64,000 nt of DNA from an uncultured Novosphingobium sp. GTDB lineage: Bacteria; Pseudomonadota; Alphaproteobacteria; Sphingomonadales; Sphingomonadaceae. The position numbers and the translations under genes were made by a program. A model generated the notes under the pieces. It was not told the DNA's origin. It saw only the letters and a list, made by a program, of their open reading frames with translations, and ran no database searches. Positions 18,284 to 29,279 of this stretch are shown here, piece by piece. Location of the stretch: NCBI GenBank assembly GCA_964573075.1, contig CAZNII010000001.1, positions 372-64,371 of the forward strand, written 5' to 3'. The first letter of the stretch is position 1; each line of letters begins with the position of its first letter.

Positions 18284-19759
18284 TTATCCGGGCATCCTGA
18301 TCTGGCGCCCTTGTCCCTCTGGCGGGGGCAAGTGGGCCTGCCCGGCGACCAGTGCCTGGGCCTTGTCCTGCATGTCCTGCGGCGCCGGAGCCGACTTTTC
18401 GGCCTTGGCATCGACATGGACCAGCATGTGTTCGGCCGTGGCGATCTTGGCCTGCTGCTTCAGGCTGACCATTTCGTGGAACAGATGCAAGCGCTTGCCG
18501 TCCACTGCCAACACCCGGCTGCGCACTTCGACCGGTTCGCCCAGCCGCGCCTGGCCCAGGTGGCGGATATGGGTTTCGACCGTGTACCAGGAATGCCCGC
18601 CGGCGACATAGTCCATCCCCGCGCCGATCCGGGCCAGGACAACATCGGTCGCATCGCCGAACAGTTTGAGATAGCAGTATTCGGTCAGGTGGTCGTTGTA
18701 GTCGATCCATTCCGGTTGGACCGGAGTGGAAATGGTCAGCAGGCGTCCGTCGGCATCGGCGCTGCCGTCGGCTTTCGGCTGGCCGCCCAGCCGCTCGCGG
18801 TGGGCCTTTGCCACCGCGCCCGAGGCAAAGTCGTTGCGCTCCAGCGCCTGGGTCAGATCGACCAGGCAATCGTCGCGCAGGCGTTCATAGGTGCGCAGAT
18901 CGACATTGCCGGCCTGCTCGTCGGACTGGCGGGCGACCGTCTCGATCAGTTCGTCGGTCAGCTTGGGGGCGACCAGCTTGGTCCAGGGCCATTCGAGCGA
19001 GGGGCCGAACTGGGCCAGGAAGTGCCGCATCCCTTCCTCACCGCCGGCGAGGCGATAGGTCAGGAAGGTGCCCATGAACGACCAGCGCATCCCCGCGCCA
19101 TAACGGATCGCATCGTCGATCTCGCCGGCGGTGGCGATCCCGTCGTTGATCAGCCACAGTCCTTCGCGCCAGACCGCTTCGAGCAGGCGATCGGCGATGA
19201 ACCCGTCGATCTCCTTGCGGACATGCAGCACTTTCATGCCGATCCGCTCATAGACCGCAGCGGCGGCGTCGATCGTCGCCTGGCTGGTCTGTTCGCCGCC
19301 GCAGACCTCGACCAGCGGCAGCAGGTAGACCGGATTGAACGGGTGGCCGACCACCAGCCGGTCGGGCCGGGCCATCCCGGACTGGAGCTTGCTGGGCAAC
19401 AGGCCGGAAGTGGATGAACCGATGATCGCGTGGGCCGGCATCAGCGCATCGACCTCGGCCAGTACCTTCTGCTTCAGGTCTTCGCGCTCGGGCAGGCTTT
19501 CCTGGATGAAATCGGCGTCGCGCACGGCATCGGCCAGAGTCGCGGCGATGGTGATCGTGCCCTCGGCGGGCAGGGCCTGGCCGAATAGCCGGGTCAGCGC
19601 GCGGCGGGCGTTGCCGATAACTTCCAGCGTTTTGCGTTCGATCTCCGGATCAGGATCGAAGATCGCGACGTCGATCCCGTTGAGCACGAAGCGCGCGGCC
19701 CAGCCGGCCCCGATCACTCCGCCGCCGACGATCCCTGCCTTGCGCACCATGTGGCCCAT
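18284..19759 (-). CDS. cdhA: L-carnitine 3-dehydrogenase fused to a C-terminal thioesterase
   Basis: GGGVIGAGWAARF, HPFNPVYLLPLVE, GFIADRLLEA, YRLAGGEEGMRHFLAQFGP. C-terminal WIDYNDH hot-dog domain. Confidence 0.9.
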   Translation of the reverse strand: MGHMVRKAGIVGGGVIGAGWAARFVLNGIDVAIFDPDPEIERKTLEVIGNARRALTRLFGQALPAEGTITIAATLADAVRDADFIQESLPEREDLKQKVLAEVDALMPAHAIIGSSTSGLLPSKLQSGMARPDRLVVGHPFNPVYLLPLVEVCGGEQTSQATIDAAAAVYERIGMKVLHVRKEIDGFIADRLLEAVWREGLWLINDGIATAGEIDDAIRYGAGMRWSFMGTFLTYRLAGGEEGMRHFLAQFGPSLEWPWTKLVAPKLTDELIETVARQSDEQAGNVDLRTYERLRDDCLVDLTQALERNDFASGAVAKAHRERLGGQPKADGSADADGRLLTISTPVQPEWIDYNDHLTEYCYLKLFGDATDVVLARIGAGMDYVAGGHSWYTVETHIRHLGQARLGEPVEVRSRVLAVDGKRLHLFHEMVSLKQQAKIATAEHMLVHVDAKAEKSAPAPQDMQDKAQALVAGQAHLPPPEGQGRQIRMPG

Positions 19760-19770
19760 TGCCTCTCCCC

Positions 19771-20661
19771 TCAGCGCTTGGTCAGCTTGAGCTTGGCGCG
19801 GACCTCGGCCGGGCCAAGGATTTTCGCGCCCATTCCGCTCAGGATCTGGACCGCGCGTTCGACCAGTTGGCCGTTCGAGGCGAACTGCCCCTTGGCGAGG
19901 TAGAGGTTATCCTCAAGCCCCACGCGCACGTTGCCGCCAGCGAGCGCCGCCATCGCCACGAACGGCAGCTGGTTGCGGCTGATCGAAAAGCCGCTGAACA
20001 CGGCACCGGCGGGCAGCTGGTGGACCATCGCCATGGTGGTCAGCGGATCGTCGGGCGCGCCATAGGGGATGCCCAGGCACAGCTGGATCATCACCGGATC
20101 ATCAAGCAGGCCGTCGCGGATCATTTCCTTGACGAAGACGAGGTGGCCAGTGTCGAACACTTCCAGCTCGGGCCGCACGCCCAGCCGCTGCACTTCGGCG
20201 GCCATGGTGCGCAGCATCCCCGGCGTGTTGGTCATCACATAGTCGGCTTCGGCAAAGTTCATCGTGCCGCAGTCGAGCGTGCAGATTTCCGGCAGCAGTT
20301 CCTGGACGTGAATCAGGCGTTCCATCGGGCCGACCATGTCGGTGCCGGCCGGGTCGAGGGGCAGGGGGGTCTCGCCCGGTCCGAATACGATATCGCCGCC
20401 CATCCCGGCGGTGAAATTGATGATCACGTCGGTATCGCTGGCGCGGATCCGCTCCTTGACCTCGCGGTAAAGCGAAACATCGCGGCAGCCCTTGCCGGTT
20501 TCGGGATCGCGCACGTGGATGTGGGCGATCGCCGCCCCGGCCCGGGCCGCTTCAATCGCGGCATTGGCGATCTGCTCGGGGGTGATCGGCAGGTCGGGAT
20601 GCAGGCCCTGGGTGTTGCCCGATCCGGTGACGGCGCAGGTGATGAATGGCTCGAAGTTCAT
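19771..20661 (-). CDS. cdhC: Beta-keto acid cleavage enzyme (BKACE/DUF849), 3-dehydrocarnitine cleavage enzyme
   Basis: Start [48 protein letters not shown]. Adjacent to cdhA. Confidence 0.9.
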   Translation of the reverse strand: MNFEPFITCAVTGSGNTQGLHPDLPITPEQIANAAIEAARAGAAIAHIHVRDPETGKGCRDVSLYREVKERIRASDTDVIINFTAGMGGDIVFGPGETPLPLDPAGTDMVGPMERLIHVQELLPEICTLDCGTMNFAEADYVMTNTPGMLRTMAAEVQRLGVRPELEVFDTGHLVFVKEMIRDGLLDDPVMIQLCLGIPYGAPDDPLTTMAMVHQLPAGAVFSGFSISRNQLPFVAMAALAGGNVRVGLEDNLYLAKGQFASNGQLVERAVQILSGMGAKILGPAEVRAKLKLTKR

Positions 20662-20763
20662 GAATCTCTCCCGTGGACCCAGCTTAGGGCCGAAAGCGCC
20701 ATTAAAAAGCGCATTGAGCGGCAAAAGATTGCGAAATGCGACAAGACATGGCAGCTTGCCGCC

Positions 20764-21714
20764 ATGCAGCGGCTCGCCTTCATCCTCATGCCGTCGTTTT
20801 CGGCGATGGCCTTCTTTGCCGCGCTTGAGCCATTGCGGATCGCCAACCGGCTGGCCGGACGGCAGCTCTATGGCTGGACGATCCATGCCCCGCACGGCGA
20901 TCACGCCCTGGCTTCCAACGGCATGCAATTGCGCAGCGACGGCGCCTTGCCGCCGGCACCGGATGGCCTGATCGTCTGCGCTGCCTTCGATCCGCTCGAC
21001 CACGCGAGCCCGGCGTTGCTGGGCCAGGTGCGACGCTACTGGCGCACGGGCTGCCGGGTCGGGGCGATCGATACCGGCGCTTTCGTGCTGGCCGAGGCCG
21101 GCATTCTGGGGCGCGAGGCGATCACCCTGCACTGGGAAGCGGTCGAGGAGTTCTGTCAGCGCTATCCGCAGATACCGGTCTCGGTCGAGCTCTACGAGCG
21201 CCATGGCCGGTTGTTCACCTGCGCGGGTGGCACCGCGGCGATGGACATGATGCTCGACGAGATCGCCGGGGACCACGGCATCGCCCTGGCCAATGCCGTT
21301 TCCGACCAGCTTATCCACGACCGGATCCGCCCGGCGAGCGCCCCGCAGCGGACCTCGCTGGATGAAACGGTGCGGCTGGCCGGGCCGGCGGTCAGGCGGA
21401 TGATCGCGGCGATGGAGCGGCTGGTGGGCGAGGGCGGCGCACTTGAAGCAGTCTATCGCGGCGAAGGGATCAGCCGCCGCCAGGCCGAACGGCTGTTCGC
21501 TGCCAGGCTGGGGACGACCCCGGGCCGCTACCTGCGCGAACTGCGGATCCGGCGCGCGCTCGAACTGATGCGCCATGCCCGTTTGCCGGTGCACGAAGCG
21601 GCGCTGGCCGCAGGCTTTTCATCGCAGCCGGTGTTTAGCCGGGCCTGCCGCCAGCATTTCGGCAAGAGCCCGCGCGAAATGCTGGCCGAACCGGCTCCGG
21701 TCGGGGATCAGTAG
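20764..21714 (+). CDS. cdhR: GlxA/GATR-type AraC regulator (CdhR-like)
   Basis: Start trimmed to [33 protein letters not shown] and an AraC HTH. Divergent from cdhC. Confidence 0.8.
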   Translation: MQRLAFILMPSFSAMAFFAALEPLRIANRLAGRQLYGWTIHAPHGDHALASNGMQLRSDGALPPAPDGLIVCAAFDPLDHASPALLGQVRRYWRTGCRVGAIDTGAFVLAEAGILGREAITLHWEAVEEFCQRYPQIPVSVELYERHGRLFTCAGGTAAMDMMLDEIAGDHGIALANAVSDQLIHDRIRPASAPQRTSLDETVRLAGPAVRRMIAAMERLVGEGGALEAVYRGEGISRRQAERLFAARLGTTPGRYLRELRIRRALELMRHARLPVHEAALAAGFSSQPVFSRACRQHFGKSPREMLAEPAPVGDQ

Positions 21715-23266
21715 TTGGCGTCGGGCATCTCGGCCTTGCGGCGGGCGATGTAGGCGCGCAGTTCTTCGGCCACGGCTCGTCGAGGTAGGGGTCGACATGC
21801 TCGGCCAGGGTCTTCTTCCAGGCGGCGTTGGCGCGCTGCTGGATGTCGAGCGAGCCTTCGGCCTCCCACTGCTCCCACGAATTGTAGTCGGCCAGCGGCG
21901 AACGGTAGAATGCAGTCTCGAAATTGGCCTGGGTGTGGGCGCAGCCGAAGAAATGCTTGCCTGGGCCAACCTCGCGGATCGCGTCCATTGCCTGGCCGTT
22001 TTCGCTGAGGTCATAGCCGCCCAGCAGCTTGTGCATCATGCCCAGCTGGTCGCAGTCCATCATGAACTTCTCATAGCCGGTCACCAGCCCGCCCTCGAGC
22101 CAGCCGGCCGATTGCAGCACGAAGTTGGCCCCGCCCATCACGGTGGTCATCAGCGTCTGGGTGGATTCGAACGCGGCCTGGGCATCGGCGATCTTCGAGG
22201 CGCAGAGGCTGCCGCCGGTGCGCGAAGGCACCCCCAGCCGCCGGGCCAACGTGATCAGCGCGCTTTTCATCAGTGTGGTTTCGGGCGTGCCATAGGTCGG
22301 CGCGCCGCTCTGCATCGAAAGCGTGGTGACGAAACTGCCGAAGATCACCGGCGCACCCGGCTTGACCAGCTGGAGGAAGGCCATTCCGGCCATGGCTTCG
22401 GCCAGCGTCACGGCGATCGCTCCGGCCAATCCGGTCGGCGCCATCGCCCCGGCCATGATGAACGGGGTGACCAGCACGCCCTGATTGGCCCGCGCCAGCG
22501 CCTTGGCCGCGCCAAGCATTGTGGCATCGAAGGTCAGCGGGGAGTTGCCGTTCATCACCCCCATCAGGCAGGTGTTCGGCTCGCCCGTTTCAGGATTGAT
22601 CCAGCGATCGCCGAACAGGATCTGCGCCATCTCGATGCAGTCTTCGGAACGGCTGGGTTGCGACACTGCGCTGAAGAACGGCTTGTCGGTGTGGATCGCG
22701 TTGCCCAGGAACATGTCGAAGTGGCGCTTGTTGACCGGCAGGTCGACCGGCTCGCACATCGCGGTGGCCGAGCTGTGCAGCCAGGGCGAGGCCTGGGTCA
22801 GCTTGGCGAAATTGTTGAAATCCTCGATCGTGCCATAGCGGCGGCCCTTGTCGAGGCAGCGCACGAACGGCGGACCGGCGGTGGGGGCAAAGACCGTGCG
22901 CTTGCCGCCGATGGTGGTGCTGCGCGCGGGATTGCGGGCCTGGTGGACGAATTCGCCGGGGGCGTGGTCCTGGATCAGCTTGCGGCACATGCCGCGCGGC
23001 ATCCGGACCAGTTCACCGGTCACTTCGGCCCCCGCCGCGCGCCAGATTTCCAGCGCTTCGGGATCGTCGCGGAATTCGCAACCGATTTCGGACAGGATTT
23101 GCTCGGCATTCTCCTCGATCAGCGCCAGGCCTTCCTCGTCGAGCAGGTCGACATAGGGCAGGCGGCGGCTGATGAAGGGGGCCGAGGCGGCAACGGATCC
23201 GAGGCGGGCAGCGCGTTTGGCATCGCGGCCGCCGCCACGGCGGGAAGGGGGTGCCATATCGTTCAT
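21708..23266 (-). CDS. mttB: Trimethylamine/betaine methyltransferase MttB family paralogue 1, with a 1-nt frameshift near the 3' end
   Basis: CEPVDLPVNKRH, NSPL, SMQSGAPTYGTPE, DAQAAFES, AGWLEGGL. The conserved C-terminus [22 protein letters not shown] resumes in another frame after 21776. Confidence 0.88.
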
Positions 23267-23338
23267 GGCCCGGGCTTACCGGCAAATGCCGGGGCCGGAA
23301 CATGCCAAATCGTCATGCCGCCATGAGCGGCGGGCCGG

Positions 23339-24883
23339 TCAGGCTTCGAAGTATATCTTGAACTTGCGGCGGATCTCTTCGTCGATGGCCGGATCGATGC
23401 AGCACTGCGCGGCAGCGAGAATCCGGTCCTTGCGAGCCCGCGCGGCGTCGAGCAGCAGCGGCTTTTGCGCCTCGTTCCATTCCTTCGGGCTCATCCGGTT
23501 GCCGACCACCGGATAGACGTAGTCGGTCTGCATCCGGGCCATGGTCTGGTCCGAGCCGAGATAGTGCCCGGGTCCGCCCAGACAGACCTGCTTCATCACG
23601 TCGAGCGCCATGGTGTCTTCGTTGACCTCGATCCCGCGGACCGCGCGTTGGGCCTGACCGAGCACGTCGTCGCCCAGCACCAGCGCCTCGAACGAAAAGC
23701 CGAGCAGCGAAGCCTGCATGCCGACCGATTCATAGACCATGTTGAGCCCGGCGAGACCGGCCATGACGTTGGTGATGCCCTGTTCCCAGCCGCATTGCAT
23801 GTCGGGCAGCTTGCTGTCGGTCATCCCTGCTGCGGCCCCGCCGGGGAGGTTGTAGAAGCGGTGCATCTGCGCGCAGCCCGCGGTCAACAAACCCTGTTCG
23901 GCGCTGCCGCCCGACATCGAGCCGGTGCGCAGGTCGGAAACGAATGGCCAGGTGCCGAAGATCGCCGGAGCGCCCGGCTGGATCGCGTTGACATAGACTA
24001 CGCCGGCCAGACACTCGGCCACCGCCTGGGTGATCGCCAGCGCGATCGAGGCCGGCGCGGTCGCGCCGGCCTGGCCGGCCGAAAGCAGCAGCATCGGCAT
24101 GCCGGCGCGCACGCACTTTTCCATGGTGATGCAGCTTTCCTCGGCAAACTTCATCGGCGGAACGACGAAACAGTTCGAGTTGGAAACGAACGGCCGGGCG
24201 CGCCAGGCTGCTTCGCCGCCGGCGACCATGTGCAGCATCTCGAATCCCGGATCGACGCTGATCGGGTCCGAAAACGAGGTGCCGACATGCTTGGTCGTGC
24301 CGGACAGGCACGCGTAAAGCGTGTTCATGTCCATATCGATCAGGTCGGGCACGTCGCGGCAGACCATCATCCGCTGGAAGAAGTGGACGTTGTCGAGATT
24401 GTTGACGATCTTTGCCGCCTGATAGAGGTCGGTCGAGGTCGAATCCCGCTAGTCGTTGGTTTCCAGATCGACCACGTGGACCGCGGCCCCGGCAGTGCCG
24501 AAATGGACCTTGCTGCCCGACAGGTGCAGGTCGTGCCGGGGATCGCGGGCGTGCAGCGTGATGTCGCGCGCGGCCACCGCCAGCATGTCTTCGACCAGCG
24601 CCCGGGGAAAGCGGATCCGGCCATCATCCCCCAGGATCGCGCCGGCACCGGTCAGGATTTCGACCCCGGATGCCGGGGCATTGGCAAGGCCAATCTGCTC
24701 GAGTGCGTCGAGTGCACCCTGGTGGATGCGCTGGACGCCGGCTTCGGTCAACGGCTTGTACCAGCCGCCTTCAAGGCCGGGACGGATCGGGCGCAGATCT
24801 TCGGCCAGCGGTGCGGCGCGAAGGGCCTGGCGGGCGGCACGGCCGCCCGCGCGGCGAGAGGGGGACGCAGTCTGATCGTTCAT
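23339..24883 (-). pseudogene. mttB: MttB family paralogue 2, interrupted by an in-frame TAG at 24449-24451
   Basis: ORFs 24449..24883 and 23339..24370 are in the same frame: ...DLETND-TAG-RDSTSTDLYQAAKIVNNLDNVHFFQR... Read through, the gene gives a 514-codon full-length MttB. Confidence 0.85.
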
Positions 24884-24902
24884 TCAAGTCCCCCTCTGGG
24901 TA

Positions 24903-26609
24903 TTATGCCAATCCGACGATGTTGCCGTTTTCGTCGAGGCCGATATCGACCGAGGCCGGGCGGCGCGGCAGCCCGGGCATGGTCATGATGTCGCCGCAGA
25001 CCGCCACAACGAAGCCGGCACCCGCGGACAGACGCACTTCGCGCACTTCCAGGGTGTGGCCGGTCGGCGCGCCGATCTTGGCCGGATCGGTCGAGAAGCT
25101 GTACTGTGTCTTGGCGATGCAGACCGGCAGGTTGCCGAAGCCCAGCTTTTCGTAGTCCTTGAGGTTGCTGGCCGCGCTCGAGCTGAGGATGATCCCGTCG
25201 GCGCGGTAGATTTCACGCGCAACGGTTTCGATCTTCTGCGCCAGCGGCATGTCGTCGGGGTAGAGCAGCTTGACTTCGGCCGGGCCGGCATCGAGCTGGG
25301 CCTTGACCTCGCGGGCCAGTTCCTCGGCCCCGGCGCCGCCTTCGGCCCAGTGCCTGGCGAGCGCGACGCGGGCGCCGTACTTGGCGCAGACGGCACGCAG
25401 CGCGTTCAGCTCTTCCTCGGTGTCCTTGATGAAGTGGTTGATCGCCACCACCGGGGTCAGGCCGAACTTCTGCAGGTTCTGAATGTGGCGCTCAAGGTTG
25501 ACCGCGCCGCGTTCCAGCGCGGCGACGTCGGGCGTGCCGAGGTCTTCCTTCTTCACGCCGCCCTGCATCTTGAGCGCGCGAACCGTGGCAACCAGCACCA
25601 CCGCATCGGGCCGCATCCCCGAATGGCGGCACTTGATGTCGAGGAACTTTTCCGCGCCCAGGTCGGCGCCGAAGCCGGCCTCGGTCACCACCACATCGGC
25701 CAGCTTGAGCGCGGTCTGCGTCGCCATGACCGAGTTGCAGCCGTGGGCGATGTTGGCAAACGGGCCGCCGTGGATGAAGGCCGGGTTGTGCTCGATCGAC
25801 TGGACCAGGTTGGGCTGCATCGCATCGCGCAGCAGCACCGCCATGGCGCCATCGGCCTTGAGATCGCGCGCGGTGACCGGCTGCTTGTCATAAGTGCGGG
25901 CGACGATGATGTCGCCCAGCCGCCGCTGCAGGTCCTTGAGATCGGTCGCCAGGCACAGGATCGCCATGATTTCCGAAGCGACGGTGATGTCGAACCCGGT
26001 CTCGCGCGGGACGCCGTGGGCAACCCCGCCCATGCCGACATTGATGTTGCGCAGCGCGCGGTCGTTCATGTCGACCACCCGGCGCCAGACCACCCGGCGC
26101 GGATCGATGTTCAGTTCGTTGCCCCACTGCAGGTGGTTGTCGAGCAGCGCCGCGAGCAGGCTGTGGGCCGAGGTGATGGCGTGGAAATCGCCGTTGAAGT
26201 GGAGGTTGATGTCCTCCATCGGGATCACCTGGGCGCGGCCACCGCCGGCGGCGCCACCCTTCATCCCGAAGCAGGGACCGAGCGAGGGTTCGCGCAGGCA
26301 GACGATCGATTTCACGCCGATCAGGTTGAGCCCGTCATTGAGCCCGACCGAGGTCGTGGTCTTGCCTTCGCCGGCCGGGGTGGGGGTGATCGCGGTGACC
26401 AGCACCAGCTTGCCGCGCGGCCGGTCTTCCAGCGAGGCGATGAATTCCAGTCCGACCTTGGCCTTGTAGTGGCCGTAGGGGACGAGCGCCTCGGGCGCGA
26501 TGCCAAGGCGTTCCTGTGCAATACCCAGAATCGGGTTCATCCGCGCTGCACGGGCAATCTCGATATCCGGGGCTCCCGGCGGTGGCAGCTGATTCTCTTG
26601 CATGGCCAA
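24903..26609 (-). CDS. fhs: Formate--tetrahydrofolate ligase
   Basis: [57 protein letters not shown]. Confidence 0.97.
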   Translation of the reverse strand: MAMQENQLPPPGAPDIEIARAARMNPILGIAQERLGIAPEALVPYGHYKAKVGLEFIASLEDRPRGKLVLVTAITPTPAGEGKTTTSVGLNDGLNLIGVKSIVCLREPSLGPCFGMKGGAAGGGRAQVIPMEDINLHFNGDFHAITSAHSLLAALLDNHLQWGNELNIDPRRVVWRRVVDMNDRALRNINVGMGGVAHGVPRETGFDITVASEIMAILCLATDLKDLQRRLGDIIVARTYDKQPVTARDLKADGAMAVLLRDAMQPNLVQSIEHNPAFIHGGPFANIAHGCNSVMATQTALKLADVVVTEAGFGADLGAEKFLDIKCRHSGMRPDAVVLVATVRALKMQGGVKKEDLGTPDVAALERGAVNLERHIQNLQKFGLTPVVAINHFIKDTEEELNALRAVCAKYGARVALARHWAEGGAGAEELAREVKAQLDAGPAEVKLLYPDDMPLAQKIETVAREIYRADGIILSSSAASNLKDYEKLGFGNLPVCIAKTQYSFSTDPAKIGAPTGHTLEVREVRLSAGAGFVVAVCGDIMTMPGLPRRPASVDIGLDENGNIVGLA

Positions 26610-26786
26610 TCAAGAGCGCAAAGGCTCTTCCCCCTCAATTTCAGAGTTTTTCGCAACCGGTAAAAAGGGCCGCATGCCCTTCCGGCAGGCTGCGGTCTGT
26701 TGCAGCGGCGGCGATTTCTCAAATGCTAAAATTCGCTGGCAGGCATAATTATCGCTATCATGTCCCGCCCTTATGGGGCGGCGCGG

Positions 26787-27761
26787 TCAATCCTCGCCTA
26801 CCCGCAGCGCGCCTTCGAGCCATGGCAGATGGCCGATCAGTTGCGGAAAAACTTCCTCGTCGAGGATCGCGCGGCATTCCTCAAGCAGGATGCGCGGGGC
26901 CGATCCGAGGATCTGCTGGCGGGCCAGCAAGGTCATCCGCCGGCCGAACTTGCCGCGCACGATCGGGTGGATTGACAGTTCCTCGAAGGCCCAGGGCACC
27001 TGGAACAGGCACAGCGGCGTGGTGATCCCCCAGCCCAGGCCATAGGCGACCGCAGTGGTGTGGCCGACGATCGAATCGAATTCGATATGCGACTGGAACT
27101 TGAGCTGGAGCCGATTGAGCTGGGCCTCGGTCTGACGGCCCATCGACGAGCGCAGCGAGAAGCGGATCAGCTTGCTTTCCGCCAGGTGCGGGCCGAGCTC
27201 GGGCGAGAGAGCGAAGCCCTTGGGGAAGATCAGCACATAGGGTTCGGTGAACAGGCTGTAGCGATCGACCTCGAGCATGTCCGAGGTGTTGCTTTCCTCG
27301 GTGATCATGATGTCGGCGGCATGGGTGTTGAACTTGGCCCGCTGGTCCGGCATCAGCCCGTTCGAGATCCGCCAGAACCGGGCCATTTCGCCCTTGCGCC
27401 GGTAGAGCCGCGGGCCGAGCACGTTGGCCAGGCTTTCTGGCATGGCGATGGTCAGCGAGGACAGCTCGCCGCTGTCGCTCTCGGTCGCCTCGACGAAGGC
27501 CGAATGCAGGTCGCCCAGGATCTTCTGGCTCTGTCGCAACAACGCCTGGCCGACCTTGGTCAGCACGATCGGGCGGATCGAACGGTCGAACAGCTGGCGG
27601 CCGACCGATTCCTCCAGCGCGGCGATGATCTGCGAAACGCCGGACTGGGTCAGCCCCAGGACCTTCGCGGCCTGGGTCATGCTGCCCTGTTCGGCAGTGA
27701 CGACGAAGACCTGCAGCGCGCGGAATTCGAAGCTGCTGGGCAGCTGGGCCTTGTTCAGCAT
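26787..27761 (-). CDS. LysR-family transcriptional regulator
   Basis: LQVFVVTAEQGSMTQAAKVLGLTQSGVSQIIAALEESVGRQLFDRS. Confidence 0.92.
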   Translation of the reverse strand: MLNKAQLPSSFEFRALQVFVVTAEQGSMTQAAKVLGLTQSGVSQIIAALEESVGRQLFDRSIRPIVLTKVGQALLRQSQKILGDLHSAFVEATESDSGELSSLTIAMPESLANVLGPRLYRRKGEMARFWRISNGLMPDQRAKFNTHAADIMITEESNTSDMLEVDRYSLFTEPYVLIFPKGFALSPELGPHLAESKLIRFSLRSSMGRQTEAQLNRLQLKFQSHIEFDSIVGHTTAVAYGLGWGITTPLCLFQVPWAFEELSIHPIVRGKFGRRMTLLARQQILGSAPRILLEECRAILDEEVFPQLIGHLPWLEGALRVGED

Positions 27762-27914
27762 GGGGCTTCTCCACGCGCGGTCGCGGCTTGGGCTGGGTTG
27801 GGGCGGGTGGACTGATATACCATTAGCGCTGCTTATACAGCGCGCGGCGCAAGGCTCAAGGGGGCATTCCGCCGGGTGCGGAGGCGAACAGACCGCGCGG
27901 TACCGAGGCTTCGT

Positions 27915-29279
27915 TCAATCGATCCGCGCGCCCTGGCGGCGCAGTTCCGTCTGGATCGCGCCGATGTCCATTTCTGCGAAATCCCGCTCCGTCTTGACCG
28001 CCAGCGCCGCCGCCACCCCGGCGCCTTGCCCCGCCACCGCGCAGCACATCATGTTGCGCACCGCCGCATGGCTGACCTTGTCGCCGCCGATGGTCCGTCC
28101 GGTGACGATCAGGTTCCTGACCCCCTTGGGCAGCATCGAGCGATAGGGAACATGGAAATAGCGCCCGGTGGTGGGGATGATCAGCAGGCCATAGCCGTCG
28201 ATGAATTCGGGGAAGATCCCGATTGAATCCTCGAACCGGGCTTCGCCCTGCACATCGGCGGCGGTCAGGTTGTAGGCCGCGTCGATCTTGCGGGTGTCGC
28301 GGATTCCCAGCGTCATGCCAAAGTTGCGCAGCTTGGCCTGTTCGCAGCCGGGCTGAAAGCGCTGCAGCGCCGCGATCGCCTGCATGGCCTGACGGCGCCC
28401 TTCGATCTCGCCACGGGTCAGATCGTCGGGATCGGTCCCGTCGAGCGTCATGTGGACCATGTTGAGATAGGTGAGGTCGCCCTGGTCCGAGACCGTGCCC
28501 CAGGTCCCGGCGATGGTCTTGAGGCTGTCGGGCAAAAGTCCCGCCTTGTGAGCCTGCTGGAACGGCTTTCTCAGGAAGGGTGAGAACATCTCGTCCTCCT
28601 TGCCCGAGGTGGTGACCGACCATTCGCCGTCCTTGGCCCAATCGGCATAGGTCTGGGGATCGGCCTTGACCGCGTCGATGAACCGGGCCTTGTCGACCCC
28701 GCACATCGAGAACATCACCGAGACGCTCATCATCTCGGCTTTGGGGTGCATGCGGGTCGGCGCGCCGGCGCGGTGGGCGATGTCGGCATCGCCGCTGGCG
28801 TCGATCACCCGCCGCGCCAGGATCGCCTCGCGCCCGGCCTTGCTCTCGACAATCACGCCGCGGATCGTGTCGCCTTCCATGATCGGGGCCACGAACATCC
28901 GGTGCAGCATCGGGATCACCCCGGCCTCTTCGACCAGGCAGTCGGCGACGTACTTGAACGCTTCGGCATCGAGCGCATGGCTGATCGACTGGGGCTCGGG
29001 CAGGGCGGCGCCCATTGCCCTGGCCCGGTCCTCGAACTCGCGGCCGATCCCTTCGCTGTCGATCGTCGCCGGGTGGCGGTACCAGGCAAAACCCTCGACC
29101 CCGACCTGGGTGATGTTCCCGCCAAAGCAGCCATAGCGTTCGACCAGCGTGGTCTTCACCCCGGCCCGCGCCGAAGCCAGCGCGGCGGCAAGCCCGCCGG
29201 GGCCCGAGCCGACCACCAGCACCTCGGTTTCGTGGACGACCGGGATCGCCCGCGCCGGTTCGGTGATGGTGCGGCTCAT
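27915..29279 (-). CDS. FAD-dependent oxidoreductase (FAD_oxidored-type), function unknown
   Basis: [47 protein letters not shown]-coupled to betA. Confidence 0.85.
   Translation of the reverse strand: MSRTITEPARAIPVVHETEVLVVGSGPGGLAAALASARAGVKTTLVERYGCFGGNITQVGVEGFAWYRHPATIDSEGIGREFEDRARAMGAALPEPQSISHALDAEAFKYVADCLVEEAGVIPMLHRMFVAPIMEGDTIRGVIVESKAGREAILARRVIDASGDADIAHRAGAPTRMHPKAEMMSVSVMFSMCGVDKARFIDAVKADPQTYADWAKDGEWSVTTSGKEDEMFSPFLRKPFQQAHKAGLLPDSLKTIAGTWGTVSDQGDLTYLNMVHMTLDGTDPDDLTRGEIEGRRQAMQAIAALQRFQPGCEQAKLRNFGMTLGIRDTRKIDAAYNLTAADVQGEARFEDSIGIFPEFIDGYGLLIIPTTGRYFHVPYRSMLPKGVRNLIVTGRTIGGDKVSHAAVRNMMCCAVAGQGAGVAAALAVKTERDFAEMDIGAIQTELRRQGARID

Noticed and set aside
19759-21714. 651-aa and 607-aa overlapping ORFs as regulator/BKACE fusions
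   Set aside because: Each extension is only the antisense of the divergent neighbour. The true starts are 20764 (+) and 20661 (-).
23339-24883. Pyrrolysine-encoding MttB
   Set aside because: The TAG is at codon 145, not at the canonical Pyl position. The canonical site is a sense codon in all three paralogues (L, M, F), and no pyl genes are in the window.
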